A stretch of DNA of 64,000 nt from an uncultured delta proteobacterium (GTDB taxonomy: Bacteria > Myxococcota > Myxococcia > Myxococcales > Anaeromyxobacteraceae): assembly GCA_963766715.1 (NCBI GenBank), contig CAVYBH010000012.1, forward strand, positions 512,001 to 576,000, written 5' to 3'. Shown in pieces: positions 31,967 to 44,167 of the stretch. Each line of letters opens with the position of its first letter. The stretch's first letter is position 1. The notes under the pieces were generated by a model, which saw nothing but the letters and a program-made list of their open reading frames with translations, made no database searches and was not told the origin of the DNA. A program made the translations under genes and the position numbers.

Positions 31967-33112
31967 ATGGACTTCCAGCTCGACGACGCGCACAGGCAGA
32001 TCCAGCAGATGGTGAGGGAGTTCTGCGAGGAGGAGGTCAAGGCCCAGTCGCGCAGATGGGACGAGACCGGGGAATTCCCCCTCGACACCGTCCGCAAGCT
32101 CGGCGAGCTCGGGCTGCTCGGCATCACCGTGCCCGAGGAGTACGGCGGCTCCGCGCTCGACATGCTGGCCGTGGCGGTGGTGGTGGAGGAGATCGCCCGC
32201 TACGACGGATCGCTGGCGCTGACCGTGGCCAGCCACAACGGGCTGGGCACGAGCCAGATCCGCTACTTCGGGACCGAGGAGCAGCGCCAGCGATGGGTGC
32301 CGCCGCTCGCCCGCGGCGAGAAGCTGGCGGCCTGGGGTCTCACCGAGCCCGGCAGCGGTTCGGACGCCGCGGGCCTCCTCTCCAGCGCGGTCCGGAAGGG
32401 CGACGGCTGGCTGCTGAACGGCTCGAAGATGTTCATCACCCAGGGCAGCGTCGGCGACACCTTCGTCGTGCTGGCCCGGACCTCGCCGGAGAAGGCGCAG
32501 AAGGGGATCACCGCCTTCGTGCTCGAGAAGGGGATGAAGGGGTTCTCCCAGCGCGTCATCCACGGGAAGCTCGGCATGCGCAGCTCCGACACCGCCGAGC
32601 TCCACATGGAGGACGTGGAGGTCCCGGACGAGAACCGGATCGGGGAGGTGGACCACGGCTTCCTCGACACGCTCTCCATCCTCGACCGCGGCCGGATCAC
32701 CATCGGGGCCCTGGCGGTGGGCCTGGGGCGCGGCGCCGTCGAGGAGGCGCGGGTCTACGCCAAGGAGCGCAAGGCCTTCGGGAGGCCCATCGCGGAGTTC
32801 CAGGCCATCGCCTTCGCGCTCGCCGACATGGCCACCGAGGTGGACGCCGCCCGCCTGCTGGTGTGGCGGTCCGCCAACCTGGCCGACGCCAGGCAGCCCT
32901 TCGGGCGCGAAGCCTCGATGGGCAAGCTCTTCGCCAGCGAGGCGGCCATGCGGGCGACCAGCAAGGCCATCCAGATCCTGGGTGGCTACGGCTACACCCG
33001 CGAGTTCCCGGTCGAGCGATACTTCCGGGATGCGAAGCTGTGCGAGATCGGGGAAGGAACGAGCGAGATCCAGCGGCTGGTGATCGCGCGCTCGATCCTG
33101 CGAGACACATGA
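31967..33112 (+). CDS. acyl-CoA dehydrogenase
   Basis: [25 protein letters not shown]. Confidence 0.93.
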   Translation: MDFQLDDAHRQIQQMVREFCEEEVKAQSRRWDETGEFPLDTVRKLGELGLLGITVPEEYGGSALDMLAVAVVVEEIARYDGSLALTVASHNGLGTSQIRYFGTEEQRQRWVPPLARGEKLAAWGLTEPGSGSDAAGLLSSAVRKGDGWLLNGSKMFITQGSVGDTFVVLARTSPEKAQKGITAFVLEKGMKGFSQRVIHGKLGMRSSDTAELHMEDVEVPDENRIGEVDHGFLDTLSILDRGRITIGALAVGLGRGAVEEARVYAKERKAFGRPIAEFQAIAFALADMATEVDAARLLVWRSANLADARQPFGREASMGKLFASEAAMRATSKAIQILGGYGYTREFPVERYFRDAKLCEIGEGTSEIQRLVIARSILRDT

Positions 33113-34134
33113 GCGACGGCATCTCCACCATCGCGGAGCGGGTCCGGGCCGGCGACATCCGCACCGCCGCCCGCCTGATGCGCAGCCTCGACGACGGCCT
33201 GCCCGGCGCCCGCAAGGTGCTGCGCGAGCTGTTCGCTCGACCTGGCCACGCCTTCGTGGTCGGGCTCACCGGCCCGCCGGGTGCGGGGAAGTCGTCCCTC
33301 ACCGACCGCCTCATCGCGCTCCACCGGAAGGCGGGACGGACGGTCGGCGTGGTGGCGGTGGATCCCACCAGCCCGTTCACGGGAGGCGCCATCCTCGGCG
33401 ACCGGGTGCGCATGCAGGATCACGCCCTCGACCCGGGCGTCTTCATCCGGTCGCTGGCCACGCGCGGACACCTGGGCGGCCTCTCCCGGGCCACCGCCGA
33501 CGTGGTGCAGGTCCTCGACGCCATGGGCAAGGACGTGATCCTGGTCGAGACCGTCGGGGTCGGGCAGGACGAGGTGGAGGTGGCGGAGCTCGCGCACAGC
33601 GTCGTGGTCGTGTCAATCCCGGGCATGGGAGACGAGGTCCAGGCCATCAAGGCGGGCGTCCTCGAGATCGCCGACGTGTTCGCCGTCAACAAGGCGGACC
33701 GGGAGGGCGCCGACCGCACCGTGAAGGATCTGCAGATGATGCTCGACCTGCGGCGGACGACCGCGACGCGGAGCGTCCCGGGCCACGACTCGATGCACCG
33801 GATGACCCGGACGGCGGCGGAGGACCCGCACGATCCCAGCTGGTGGGAGCCGCCCATCGTGAAGACGGTCGCCACGCGGGACCAGGGCGTGGAGGAGCTG
33901 GCCGACGCGGTGGAGCGCCACCGGCAGCACCTCGAGCGGACCGGGGAGCGGAAGCTGCGGGAGGTGGCCCGGGCCCGCGCGGCCTTCCTGACGCTCCTGC
34001 GCGACCGGCTCATGCAGGGCGCGCTCAACCGGCTCTCCGACGAGGTGGGGCACCTCGACGCCATCGCGGCGCGCATCGCCGACCGGAGCGCCGACCCCTA
34101 TCAGCTCGCCGACGAGCTGGCGGCCCGGCTCTAG
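33109..34134 (+). CDS. meaB: mutase-associated GTPase MeaB
   Basis: [38 protein letters not shown]. Confidence 0.95.
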   Translation: MSDGISTIAERVRAGDIRTAARLMRSLDDGLPGARKVLRELFARPGHAFVVGLTGPPGAGKSSLTDRLIALHRKAGRTVGVVAVDPTSPFTGGAILGDRVRMQDHALDPGVFIRSLATRGHLGGLSRATADVVQVLDAMGKDVILVETVGVGQDEVEVAELAHSVVVVSIPGMGDEVQAIKAGVLEIADVFAVNKADREGADRTVKDLQMMLDLRRTTATRSVPGHDSMHRMTRTAAEDPHDPSWWEPPIVKTVATRDQGVEELADAVERHRQHLERTGERKLREVARARAAFLTLLRDRLMQGALNRLSDEVGHLDAIAARIADRSADPYQLADELAARL

Positions 34135-34148
34135 GGGACGGACGACCC

Positions 34149-35142
34149 GTGGAAGCGACGCGCACCCCCCTGACCGTCGACGACGCCGAGCGCGTGGCCC
34201 GGCTCGAGGAGCGCCTGGGAGCACCCATCGGCGATCGCTTCACGGCGCTCGCCGCCCTCACCCACAAGTCCTGGGTGAACGAGCACCGCGGGGAGGGCGC
34301 CGAGGACAACGAGCGGCTCGAGTTCCTCGGCGACGCCGTGATCGACCTGGTGGTCTCCGAGTACCTCATGTCCAGGTTTCCGCTCGCGCGGGAAGGGGAC
34401 CTGTCCAAGCTCCGGGCGGCGGTGGTCGACGAGGCCGGACTGGCGTCGATGAGCCGGACGCTGGGACTGGGAGAGCTCCTCCGGCTGGGGCGGGGCGAGG
34501 AGATGACCGGCGGGCGCGAGAAGGTCTCGTTGCTGGCCGATGCGATGGAAGCGGTGATCGCGGCGGTGTTCCTCGACCGGGGGCTCGCCGGCGCCCACGC
34601 GCTCGTCGCCCGCTTCCTCGGGGATGCCTACGCCCAGGCCGAATCCGGGGCGCTCGACCGCGACTGGAAGACGCAGCTCCAGGAGCTGGGCCAGGCCCGG
34701 CATCGGGCCTCGCCGCGCTACCGGGTCGTCGCCGAGGTGGGGCCCGACCACTCCAAGGTCTTCGAGATCGAGGTGGAGCTTCGCGGCGCCGTCCTGGGGC
34801 GCGGATCGGGGCGCTCGAAGAAGGACGCCGAGCAGGCCGCCGCCCGGCTGGCCCTCGGGCTGCTCGCGACGGCGGAGGTTGCCGGGTCGGAGATTGCCGG
34901 GTCGGAGGGGACGCCCCCGGCGGAGGGTCGTGGGCTGGCGACGGAACCCCCGCCTCCAGCCCTGGACGCGGTTCCCGCTGCCCGAGCCGGCGAAGCCACG
35001 GAAGGCCCGGGCCGCGAAGAAGGCTCCCGGGCCCCCAGTCGCCACGCCGGCGGCCAGGAAGAAGGCCGGGAAGGGGGCGCTCCCCCGAAAGTCGGTCACC
35101 CGCCGGTCGAGGAAGATTGCGGACCCGGGCACGGGTGACTAG
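34149..35142 (+). CDS. rnc: ribonuclease III with long C-terminal tail
   Basis: NERLEFLGDAV, ADAMEA, dsRBD (DWKTQLQE...SKKDAEQ); tail frameshifted. Confidence 0.93.
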
Positions 35143-35152
35143 TCTCCCGCCC

Positions 35153-35810
35153 ATGACCAAGCTCGCCATCTGCGCGGCCCTGGCGCTCGCCGCCGTGCCC
35201 GCGTCCGCCGAAGACCTGTACGCCACGTTCGAGACCTCCGCTGGCAAGATCGGGGTGAAGCTCCTTCCCTCCGAGGCCCCCGTCGCGGTGAAGAACTTCA
35301 CCGAGCTCGCCGAGGGCAAGAAGGAGTGGACCGATCCGAAGACCGGCCAGAAGGTGAAGACGCCGCTCTACGACAACACGCTCTTCCACCGGGTCATCCC
35401 CGGCTTCATGATCCAGGGCGGCGATCCCCTCACCCAGGGCGCCGCGATCGGGACCACCACCAGCTCCACCGGCCGTTCCTTCGGCACCGGCGGCCCGGGC
35501 TACAAGTTCCCCGACGAGCTGGCGAAGCCGCCCGCCAAGCTCTTCGAGAAGGCCTGCGTGCTGGCCATGGCCAACTCCGGGGCCGACACCAACGGCTCCC
35601 AGTTCTTCATCACCGAGGGGTACGGAAGCTCGGTCGCCCAGCTCGAGCCGCGCAACTGCGTCGACGCGAAGGGCGGCGTGTGCGGCTACACGCGCTTCGG
35701 CCAGGGCGTCTGCGGATGCGACCTGGTGGGCAAGATCGCCCGCGAGGGCGAACTCCAAGGTCAAGCTGAGCAAGGTCGTCATCTCCTCGAAGCCCCCCAC
35801 CTGCAAGTAG
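35153..35810 (+). CDS. exported cyclophilin-type PPIase (frameshift ~35750)
   Basis: Signal peptide, [22 protein letters not shown]. Confidence 0.88.
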
Positions 35811-35819
35811 GAGCACGCC

Positions 35820-36326
35820 ATGGCCGACCCCATCTTCGCGACCTTCCAGACCTCAGCCGGCGACATCGTGGTGAAGCTCCTTCCCGAGAAGGCGCCCAAG
35901 ACGGTGGAGAACTTCCTCGGCCTGGCCGAGGGCACCCGGGAATGGAAGGACCCCCGCTCGGGGCAGATGTCGAAGAAGCCGCTCTACGACGGCACCGTCT
36001 TCCACCGGGTCATCCCGGAGTTCATGATCCAGGGCGGTGACCCGCTGGGCACGGGGACGGGCGGGCCCGGCTACAAGTTCGCCGACGAGATCGGCCCGGA
36101 CAACAAGTTCGATCGCCCGGGGCTGCTCGCCATGGCGAACGCGGGCCCGAACACGAACGGCTCCCAGTTCTTCATCACCGAGGTGCCGACCCCGCACCTG
36201 AACCGCGGGCACACCATCTTCGGCGAGGTCGTGAAGGGCGGCGACCTGATCCCGAAGATCGCCCGGATGGGCAACGCCAAGGTGGAGCTGAAGAAGCTCG
36301 TCATCACCCGCGGTCCGGTGGCGTAG
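35820..36326 (+). CDS. cytoplasmic cyclophilin-type PPIase
   Basis: [36 protein letters not shown]. Confidence 0.95.
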   Translation: MADPIFATFQTSAGDIVVKLLPEKAPKTVENFLGLAEGTREWKDPRSGQMSKKPLYDGTVFHRVIPEFMIQGGDPLGTGTGGPGYKFADEIGPDNKFDRPGLLAMANAGPNTNGSQFFITEVPTPHLNRGHTIFGEVVKGGDLIPKIARMGNAKVELKKLVITRGPVA

Positions 36327-37258
36327 TGGGAGAACCCAGGCCGTTCCGCGCCGGCTTCGTCGCCATCCTCGGACGTCCCAACGTCGGGAAGTCGACCCTG
36401 CTCAACCGGCTCCTGGGGGAGCACGTGGCCATCGTCACGGCGCGCCCCCAGACCACCCGGACTCGCATCCTCGGGGTGGTGAACGGCGAGGGATTCCAGC
36501 TCGCGCTCTTCGACACCCCGGGCCTGCACCGGGCCAAGGGGCCGCTCAACAAGCGGATGGTCGAGACCGCCCTGGGAACGCTCTCCGAGGTCGACGTCGC
36601 GCTCGTGCTGGTCGAGGCCGGCACCGGCCCGGGCGGTCGCGTGGAGATCGGCGAGACCGTCCAGTGGATCGCCTCCGAGGTGAAGAGGAGCGGCAAGCCG
36701 GCCGTCCTCGGCGTGAACAAGATGGACCGGGCGCCGAGGGAGACCTTGCTGCCGGTCATCGACGCGTACCGCGCGGTCCACGACTGGGTCGACGTGGTTC
36801 CCTTCTCGGCCCTCACCGGCGAGAACGTCGACCGGCTGACCGCCGCGCTGGCGAGCCACCTGCCGCCGTCCGACGCGCCGCTCTTCCCGCCCGACGTGAT
36901 GACCGACCAGGCCGAGCGGATCATCGCGGCCGAGTACGTGCGGGAGCAGGTCATGCAGCTGACGCACGACGAGCTGCCCTATTCGGTCGCGGTCGAGGTC
37001 GAGGAGTTCGACGAGTCGGAGCGCCGCGACGACGGCGGGCTGGTTCGAATCGCGGCCCTCATCTGGGTGGAGCGAAGCTCGCAGAAGGCCATCGTCATCG
37101 GGAAGGGCGGGGCCATGCTGAAGCGGGTGGGCACGAGAGCCCGGGAGAAGATGGAGCGGCTCCTGGGCGCCAAGGTCTTCCTCAGCCTGACGGTGAAGGT
37201 CGAGGAGCGCTGGTCGGAGCGGCTCGAGACGCTGCGGCGGCTGGGGATCTCCCGGTGA
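36326..37258 (+). CDS. era: GTPase Era
   Basis: [26 protein letters not shown] motif. Confidence 0.95.
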   Translation: MGEPRPFRAGFVAILGRPNVGKSTLLNRLLGEHVAIVTARPQTTRTRILGVVNGEGFQLALFDTPGLHRAKGPLNKRMVETALGTLSEVDVALVLVEAGTGPGGRVEIGETVQWIASEVKRSGKPAVLGVNKMDRAPRETLLPVIDAYRAVHDWVDVVPFSALTGENVDRLTAALASHLPPSDAPLFPPDVMTDQAERIIAAEYVREQVMQLTHDELPYSVAVEVEEFDESERRDDGGLVRIAALIWVERSSQKAIVIGKGGAMLKRVGTRAREKMERLLGAKVFLSLTVKVEERWSERLETLRRLGISR

Positions 37259-38731
37259 ACCGCACCCGTCCGCTCATCGCCTTCGTCGGGCGCCCCAACG
37301 TCGGGAAGTCCACGCTCTTCAACCGGGTGGTGCGGAGGCGGCGGGCCATCGTCCAGGACGAGCCCGGCGTGACCCGCGACCGGAACTACGGCGACTTCGC
37401 CTGGGAAGGACGCCTGCTCTCCGCCGTCGACACCGGCGGGTTCGAGCCGGTCAAGAAGGCTCGCAAGGGCCAGGAGAGCGTCCGCTCGCTCATGCGCAGC
37501 GTCCAGGAGCAGGCCCAGCTGGCCGTGGACGAGGCCGTCGGCGGTGGTGCTGGTCGTCGACGGCCGGGACGGGCTCACCGAGGTCGACCGGGCCGTGGCC
37601 GAGCTGCTCCGCCGCTCGGGCAAGCCGCTCTTCGTCGCCGTGAACAAGATGGACACGGAGCGGACCGAGGAGGGCGCCCCGCTCGCCGAGTTCTACGACC
37701 TGGGCTTCGGCACGGTGCAGTCGGTCTCCGCCGAGCACGGGCGCGGCGTGTCCGACCTCCTCGAATCCATCGTCCAGTCCCTCGACGCCCGGGGAACGCC
37801 GCCGCCGCACCAGGAGGATTCGGAGCCCGACCTCGAGATCGAGCCGGAGGAGGAGGAGGAGGCCGAGCTCGAGACGGAGGCGGTCGAGAAGCCGGACCAG
37901 GTCATCCGCCTCGCCATCGTCGGGCGCCCCAACGTGGGGAAGAGCACGCTCGTGAACGCCATCCTCCGCGAGGAGCGGTTCGTGGTGTCGGAGGTGGCGG
38001 GCACCACGCGGGACAGCATCGACACCGCCTTCGAGCACGAGGGCCAGCAGTTCGTCATCACCGACACGGCGGGCATCCGCCGCAAGCGCTCCATCGCCCA
38101 GAACGTCGAGAAGTACTCGGTGGTCCGCGCGATGCGCTCAATCGACGCCGCCGACGTGGTGGCCGTGATCCTCGACGCGCAGGAGGCGGGCGCCGACCAG
38201 GACGCGAAGCTCATCGGGCTGGTGATGGAGAAGGGGCGCGCGCTGGTCCTCGTCGTGAACAAGTGGGACGTGGCCCAGGCGGCCGGCGCGACGCAGCGCT
38301 GGTACCGGGACGAGCTCGCCAAGCGGCTCCCCTTCATTCCCTGGGCGCCCATGCTGTTCCTGAGCGCCCGGCAGGGGAAGGGCGTCGGGGCGCTCCTCCG
38401 CGAGGCGGGCCGGCTCGCCCTGCAGTACCGCACCCGCCTGCCCACCCCGAAGCTGAACGCGCTGCTCGAGGCCATCCAGGAGGAGCACCCGGCGCCGCTC
38501 TCCCACGGCCATCCGGTCAAGCTCTACTACGTCAGCATGGTGTCGACGGCGCCCCCGACGCTCGTGCTCCAGGCCAGCCGCCCGGAGACCATTCCCGACT
38601 CCTACAAGCGCTTCATCGAGAACCGCTTCCGGGAGACCTTCGGGCTGAAGGTGCCGCTGCGTTTCGTCTACCGGGAGCGGGCTCGCCGCGACCGGCCGAG
38701 GCGCGCGAAATCGAAGCGCCGCGGCGCTTGA
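37255..38731 (+). CDS. der: ribosome biogenesis GTPase Der (frameshift ~37540)
   Basis: Two GRPNVGKS G-domains with an acidic linker. Confidence 0.95.
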
Positions 38732-38792
38732 CGCTCGACCCCACCCCGCCTAGATTGGCCCGACTTTTCGCAGGGATCGCCCCAGGGGAGCC

Positions 38793-39527
38793 ATGTCGAA
38801 ACACGCAGCGGAATTGACCCGCAAGGACATGAAGGCCCCGGACGCCTTCCAGACCGCAGCCAGCAAGGCCGCGACCTGGGTGTCCGGGAAGCAGAAGACC
38901 ATCGTCGCCGCCGTCGTGGGCGCCCTGGTCGTGGTCGCCGTCGTCCTCGGCGGAATGAGCTGGTGGGACTCGCGGAAGAACGCCGCGGGCGGGCTCCTGT
39001 ACCGCACCCTCGACGACGCCGACGGGCAGATCTCGAGCGTCCCCCTGCCCGGCGTGACCGTGCCGCTCTTCCCCAGCTCGGAGGCCCAGCAGCGCGCCGT
39101 CCTGGCCCGCGCCGAGGAGCTCCGCAAGGCCTACCCGTCCACCGATGCCGCCCGGACGGCCACCCTCGCCGCGGGCGGAGCCAACCTCCGCCTGGGCGCC
39201 TTCGACGCGGCCATCGCCGATTACGAGGCCTACCTGGCTGGCTCCACGCCCAAGGACTCGCTCGCCTTCGTCGCCATCGAGGGGGTGGCCCGCGCCAAGG
39301 AGGGCAAGGGCGACACCGCCGGAGCCCTCGCGGCGTTCGAGAGGCTCCAGACCCAGGCTCCGTCCCGCGCCGACCGCGCCTCCCTGGAGCGCGCCCGCAT
39401 CCTCGCCAAGACCGGCAAGGGCGACGAGGCGCGCAAGCTGCTCGAGGCCTTCCCGCAGGACTTCAAGGAGTCGCAGCTCCGTCCCGAGGCGGACAAGCAG
39501 CTCGCCTCCCTGGGCGGAGCCCGCTAG
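38793..39527 (+). CDS. YfgM-like membrane-anchored TPR protein
   Basis: N-terminal TM, TPR-like helices, next to der and a bamB-like gene. Confidence 0.75.
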   Translation: MSKHAAELTRKDMKAPDAFQTAASKAATWVSGKQKTIVAAVVGALVVVAVVLGGMSWWDSRKNAAGGLLYRTLDDADGQISSVPLPGVTVPLFPSSEAQQRAVLARAEELRKAYPSTDAARTATLAAGGANLRLGAFDAAIADYEAYLAGSTPKDSLAFVAIEGVARAKEGKGDTAGALAAFERLQTQAPSRADRASLERARILAKTGKGDEARKLLEAFPQDFKESQLRPEADKQLASLGGAR

Positions 39528-39530
39528 CCG

Positions 39531-40618
39531 ATGGTAGGACTCGCCGCCGCCGCGTTGCTCTCCCTCGCGGGAGTGGCTGCGGGTCCTCCTCCGCCCCCGT
39601 CCGACAGCCTCTTCGGCGTCGCCTGGCGGAAGACCCTCGTCGAGCCGTACCTCCTCGAGTACAAGCCGTTCGAGCCCGCCGGCCCCGCCATCAATCCCCT
39701 CACCGGGATGGTCGTGGCGCTCACCCGCGACGGGTACGTGCAGGCCTTCACTCCCGAGGGCAAGGAGCTCTGGTACGCGCAGCTGGTGGGGCCGTACCTC
39801 GGGTCCGCGGCGTTCGGGCATGGTCTCGCCTTCGTCGCCGGCCTGGACGGAAGGGTCTTCGCCTTCGACGCCGCCCGGGGCGACCACCGCTGGACCTACA
39901 CCTACCGGGAGGAGTTCGGCAGCCAGCCCGTCGTCGTGGGCGACCTCCTCTACGTCTGCACGCTCGAGGGAACGGTGCTGGCGCTCGAGGCGAAGACCGG
40001 CTCGTGGAGATGGCACTTCCGCCGGGAGCCCGTGGGGAAGTTCAGCATCCTCGGCGTGGGCACCCCCGCGGTGGTGGACGGGATCCTCTACCAGGGGTTC
40101 TCCGACGGAAGCGTGGTGGCCCTCGACGCGCTCGAACGGCGCGGTGAAGTGGGACCGGAAGGTAGGGCGAGGCGAATACGCGGACATCGACTCCGACGTC
40201 CAGGTCTCGAAGGACCGCGTCTACGTGGCGAGCTACGGCGGCCAGGTGGCCGCCCTCGATCGAGTCGAACGGCACCCCGGTCTGGGAGGCCAAGGCGCCC
40301 TTCGCCTACAAGGCGAAGCTCGACGGCAACACCTACGTGGTCGTCACCACCTCGGCGGTCCTGGGGTTCGACGCCGCCAGCGGCAAGCCGCTCTGGGAGA
40401 CGCCGCTCGAGGGGATGCCGCTCGCCAACCCGGTCATCGCGAAGGGCATCGTCCTCGTGCCGAACGGCAAGGGGTTGCTGGTGCTCGATCGGAAGAGCGG
40501 GCGCAAGCTCCGCTTCTTCACGCGAGGCTCCGGCGCCACCGGCAGCCCGGCGGTCCTGGGCAAGCGGGTCTACCTGCTCTCGAACGCCGGGGAGCTGATC
40601 GCGGTCGATCTGCGGTGA
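39531..40618 (+). CDS. PQQ-repeat beta-propeller, BamB-like (frameshifted)
   Basis: Repeated DG.V.ALD...G...W blades, signal peptide. Confidence 0.8.
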
Positions 40619-41013
40619 GGCAGGTGCGGGTGGTCGCGGCGGTGATCCGCCGGGGCGGTCGCATCCTGATCACGAGGCGCCACGGCCACGCCGAGCGCGG
40701 CGGCCAGTGGGAGTTCCCGGGTGGGAAGGTCGAGGCGGGCGAGGACGAGCCGGCCGCGCTGCGCCGGGAGATCCTCGAGGAGCTGGGATGCGAGGTGGCG
40801 GTGGGCCCGCTCGTCACCCGGACCTCCCACCGCTACCCGGACCTCGAGGTGGAGCTCGCCTTCTTCGCGTGCGAGCTCTCCCCGGAGGTCGAGCCGGTCC
40901 TGCTCGGAGCGGCAGCCCTCGACTGGGCCTTGCCCGAGCGCCTGGCCGAGTACGATTTCTGCGAGGCGGACCGGCCCGTGCTGCCGGTGCTGGCCGGCCT
41001 GCCGCGCACCTAG
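40615..41013 (+). CDS. MutT/NudG-like NUDIX hydrolase
   Basis: WEFPGGKVEAGE...RREILEELG, ADRP. Confidence 0.92.
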   Translation: MRQVRVVAAVIRRGGRILITRRHGHAERGGQWEFPGGKVEAGEDEPAALRREILEELGCEVAVGPLVTRTSHRYPDLEVELAFFACELSPEVEPVLLGAAALDWALPERLAEYDFCEADRPVLPVLAGLPRT

Positions 41014-43435
41014 CGGCCGCGACCTCCGCCGCCTCCTCCGCCACCGCCTCGCGAGCCGCCGCCTCCACCACTGCCGTGAGAGGCCGCTCCGCTCGACCGC
41101 GAGGGCGGCGAGGCAGCCCGCTGGCGCGCGGCCGCATCCCGGCTCAGTCCCGCCGGGGCGCTCCCGTACGACGGCCGGTTCGACGTCTGCGGGGCCGGGC
41201 GGGTCGTCGGCCGGGCCTGCTGCTGGGGCTGGGAGGGCGCGGGGCGCGTCTGGGGCTGCGACGTGCCGGACGGTCTCGTCTGGGGAACCGAACCGGGCTG
41301 GGCCGGAAGGCCGGCTGGACGTCGGAGTGGACGGCCGTGTGGCCCGACGTCGTCGGCTGGGGCTTCCAGCCCTGGGGCGTGTTCTTGTCCCAGGTGCCGC
41401 CGGCGTTCTGCCGGTACACGTTGCCCTTCTTGTCGGCGTAGACGTTGTTCGGCCGGTTGACGGGACGCGGCGCGGGGCGGCTGGCGATGGCCTGGGCCCG
41501 GTCGACGTTGCGCGCCTGGTTCTGCGGGCGGGCGTAGATGTTGTTGTTGTACCCGCCGGGACCAGGCGGTCGCGGGGCCGGGCGGGTAGCCGCCGCCGGG
41601 CCGGGGAGGCGGGGGACGTCCGCCGTAGCCAGGCGGCGGCGGGCGGTAGCCGTATCCGGGATAGGGCGGGCGGTAGCCCGGAGGAGGGCGATACCAGCCG
41701 CCGGGGTAGGGGGGAGGGAAGGGGCGATAGCCGGGCGGCTCCGTACCAGCCCGGACCGTAGGCCGGGCCGAAGCGCATTCCGGAGTAGAAGAACGGCGAC
41801 CCGTAGCCGTACCCGAAGCCGAATCCGACCCAGGGGTTGTAGACCACGCCGAAGCCGTAGGTCAGGGCCGCGGGTAGTACACCGTGGGTCCGATGTACGG
41901 AGGGTAATAGAAGCCGGTGCCGTACACGACGGTGCCGTAGTAGGGGTACATGCCGGTGTAGCCGGGCAGGTAGCCCACGTACACCACCTCCGGCGTCGAC
42001 TGGTACACGTAGACGTACTTGGTGTTGTAGACGGGCGCGCTGGGCGGGACCTGGTCGATGTCGGGCGGCCGCCTGTCGCTCACCGCCCAGGGCCCCCGGG
42101 GACCGGAGGCCACGTACCAGACCCCCTGGTCGCAGGCCCAGTACCGGCCCGCGTCCTGGATCACCGAGAACGGCGTGTTGACCGCGAAGGCCATCTGCGT
42201 GCCCTCGATGGGCTTGAAGCGCGGCTCGCCGTCGTAGGTCACCTCGAACTTCTGGTCGCGCTTCACCGCGGTGGTCTGGGGGATCTGGCTGTCGGCGAGC
42301 GCGTCGAGCGCCTCGTCGGTCCCGGACACGAAGGTCCGCACCTGGCCCACCGGCGAGTCGGGCGGGCAGCTTCCCGAACCCGGCCGGCAGCTTGTCCGGG
42401 CGGACGAACGTCCAGGGGCCGGCGGTGGACTTGGACTTGAACCAGCGTCCGGAGGCGAGGACGAAGGTCTCGCTGGTCGGGACGTAGACGAGGACGTCGC
42501 GCTGCGTGTTCTCGGCGTAGAGGAGGTCGGCGTCGTCGCCGACCGGGACGTACTTGGGGGCCCCGTCGAAGACGAAGAGCTCCGCGGGCTCGGTCGAGAC
42601 CAGGATGCGAGGCGGGACGGGCGGCTCCTCGACCTGCTTCTCGGCGGCCTGCTGGGCCGCATCCCCGGTGAGCTTCTCGCGGCGGTGGCTGGGAGTCGAA
42701 GAGCGCCTTGACGGCCGGCGAGGGCTGCGGCGACGGAGGTGAAGGGTCCCGTGGCGGCCGGAGCCTCGTACCAGTACTTGCCGCCGGCCAGGTAGTAGCG
42801 GCGGGTCGAGGGGTCGAAGGCGACGAACATCGGGGTGTTCACGACCCGCTTCAGCTCGCTGCCCGGGATCGGCTGCTCGACGGGCTTGCCGGCGTAGAGG
42901 AGCAGGACGGCCGGGTCGTTCGAGAAGAGCATCTTCGGCGGGGGCGACTTGAGCCCCTCGGAGGACTTCTTCTCGGCCTGCGAGACGGCCAGGCTGGCCT
43001 GGATGGAGTCGAGGGAGAGCGTGAGGTCCCATTTCGGGACCTCTCTCTCGAGGATCGGTGGCGAGATCCTTCTCCTCGTCCTTGGTGATGTTCGGGAAGC
43101 GGACCTTGTCGACCCGGATGGTCTCGATGGTCCCGGTCCGGGCGTCGCGGTCGACGGACACGGTCGTGGTGAACCAGAGCACGCCGAAGACGGGCGCCTT
43201 GTCCTTCCCGGCGGTCCAGGAAAGGGCCGCTCGGCCGCGACAGGGTCACGCCCTCGAACTTCTCGAGCTGGGGCTGGAAGATCTCGAGCGTGCCGGTTCC
43301 CAGCTCCATGGAGCGCGGCCACTCGGCGAGGGCCTCGTCCGCCGCCGAGCCCGGCGCGGGAGGCGGGGCCGGGTCGGCCGCCAGGGCCGGAGAGGATGCC
43401 AGGACCAGCAGTGCGGCCAGGGCGTGGATGCGCAT
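41010..43435 (-). CDS. large secreted protein with Tyr/Pro-rich region and Gly-rich tail (several frameshifts)
   Basis: Signal MRIHALAALLVLASSPALA; YVGYLPGY, NNIYAD..GNVYR, terminal GGGGRGR. Confidence 0.75.
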
Positions 43436-43486
43436 GGGCGAAGTCTAGCCTCCGGGAGAACGGCCTGCGAACGGCAATGGGACGGC

Positions 43487-44109
43487 TCAGCCGCCGCGCT
43501 TCTTCTTGGCCTTCTTGGGGGGTGGCCGGGGCGGAGGCGTTCCCGAAACCCGAACCGAAAGGACGAGAGGCTCGTAGGACCCATCCGAGGCGGAACGGAT
43601 CAGGCGGCCGTCGATGCCCTCGAGGCGCAGCAGGTACGAGCCGCCGGCGCGGAGCGGGTCCTGGGGCTGGAGCGTGAACCGGGATGCCGGCCGCGGAGAC
43701 CTCCGACTCGACGGCGGCAGGGACGAGCAGGTCCTGCGAGTCGAGCAGGACGAGGCGTGCATCGCGGAGCGCAGCGGAGACGCGGACCTCGAAGGTCGAC
43801 TCGGGCTCGATGCCGGTCGCCGGGCCCGGGGCGAGCGCGGTCGACGCCTGGCCGACGCGCGCCTCGGCCGACGTGAGCGGAACCGGGAGCGGCTGGCGCG
43901 GGCGCCACGGGCGGACGGAGGCGAGCCGGTGGAGCGGGCCGGCGGCGCGCCCGGAGCCGGGGCCGCGACGCCGTCGGAGACCGTCGGACCGACGGTTCCG
44001 GTCGGTCCCGTCGGGGCGTCCGGAGGTGGCCGTGGGGGGGTGGCCGGCGAGCAGGAAGTCGCCAGGCCGAGGAGCAGCGGGATGACGAAAAGCCGCGAGA
44101 ATGGGCCAT
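43487..44109 (-). CDS. hypothetical, probable lipoprotein with Ig-like domain (frameshifted)
   Basis: LLLGLATSC-like lipobox, FTLQPQDPL..GGSYLLRL, basic tail; start uncertain. Confidence 0.5.
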
Positions 44110-44125
44110 CCCGCTGCCCGACCGT

Positions 44126-44153
44126 GAGTCTGATAATATAGATTATGTAAACT
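44126..44153 (+). other. dif: dif site (XerCD chromosome dimer resolution)
   Basis: GAGTCTGATAA-TATAGA-TTATGTAAACT, 11-6-11 layout with ATAA/TTAT inner palindrome; AT-rich and intergenic. Confidence 0.9.
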
Positions 44154-44167
44154 ACGACCGGAGCCGG

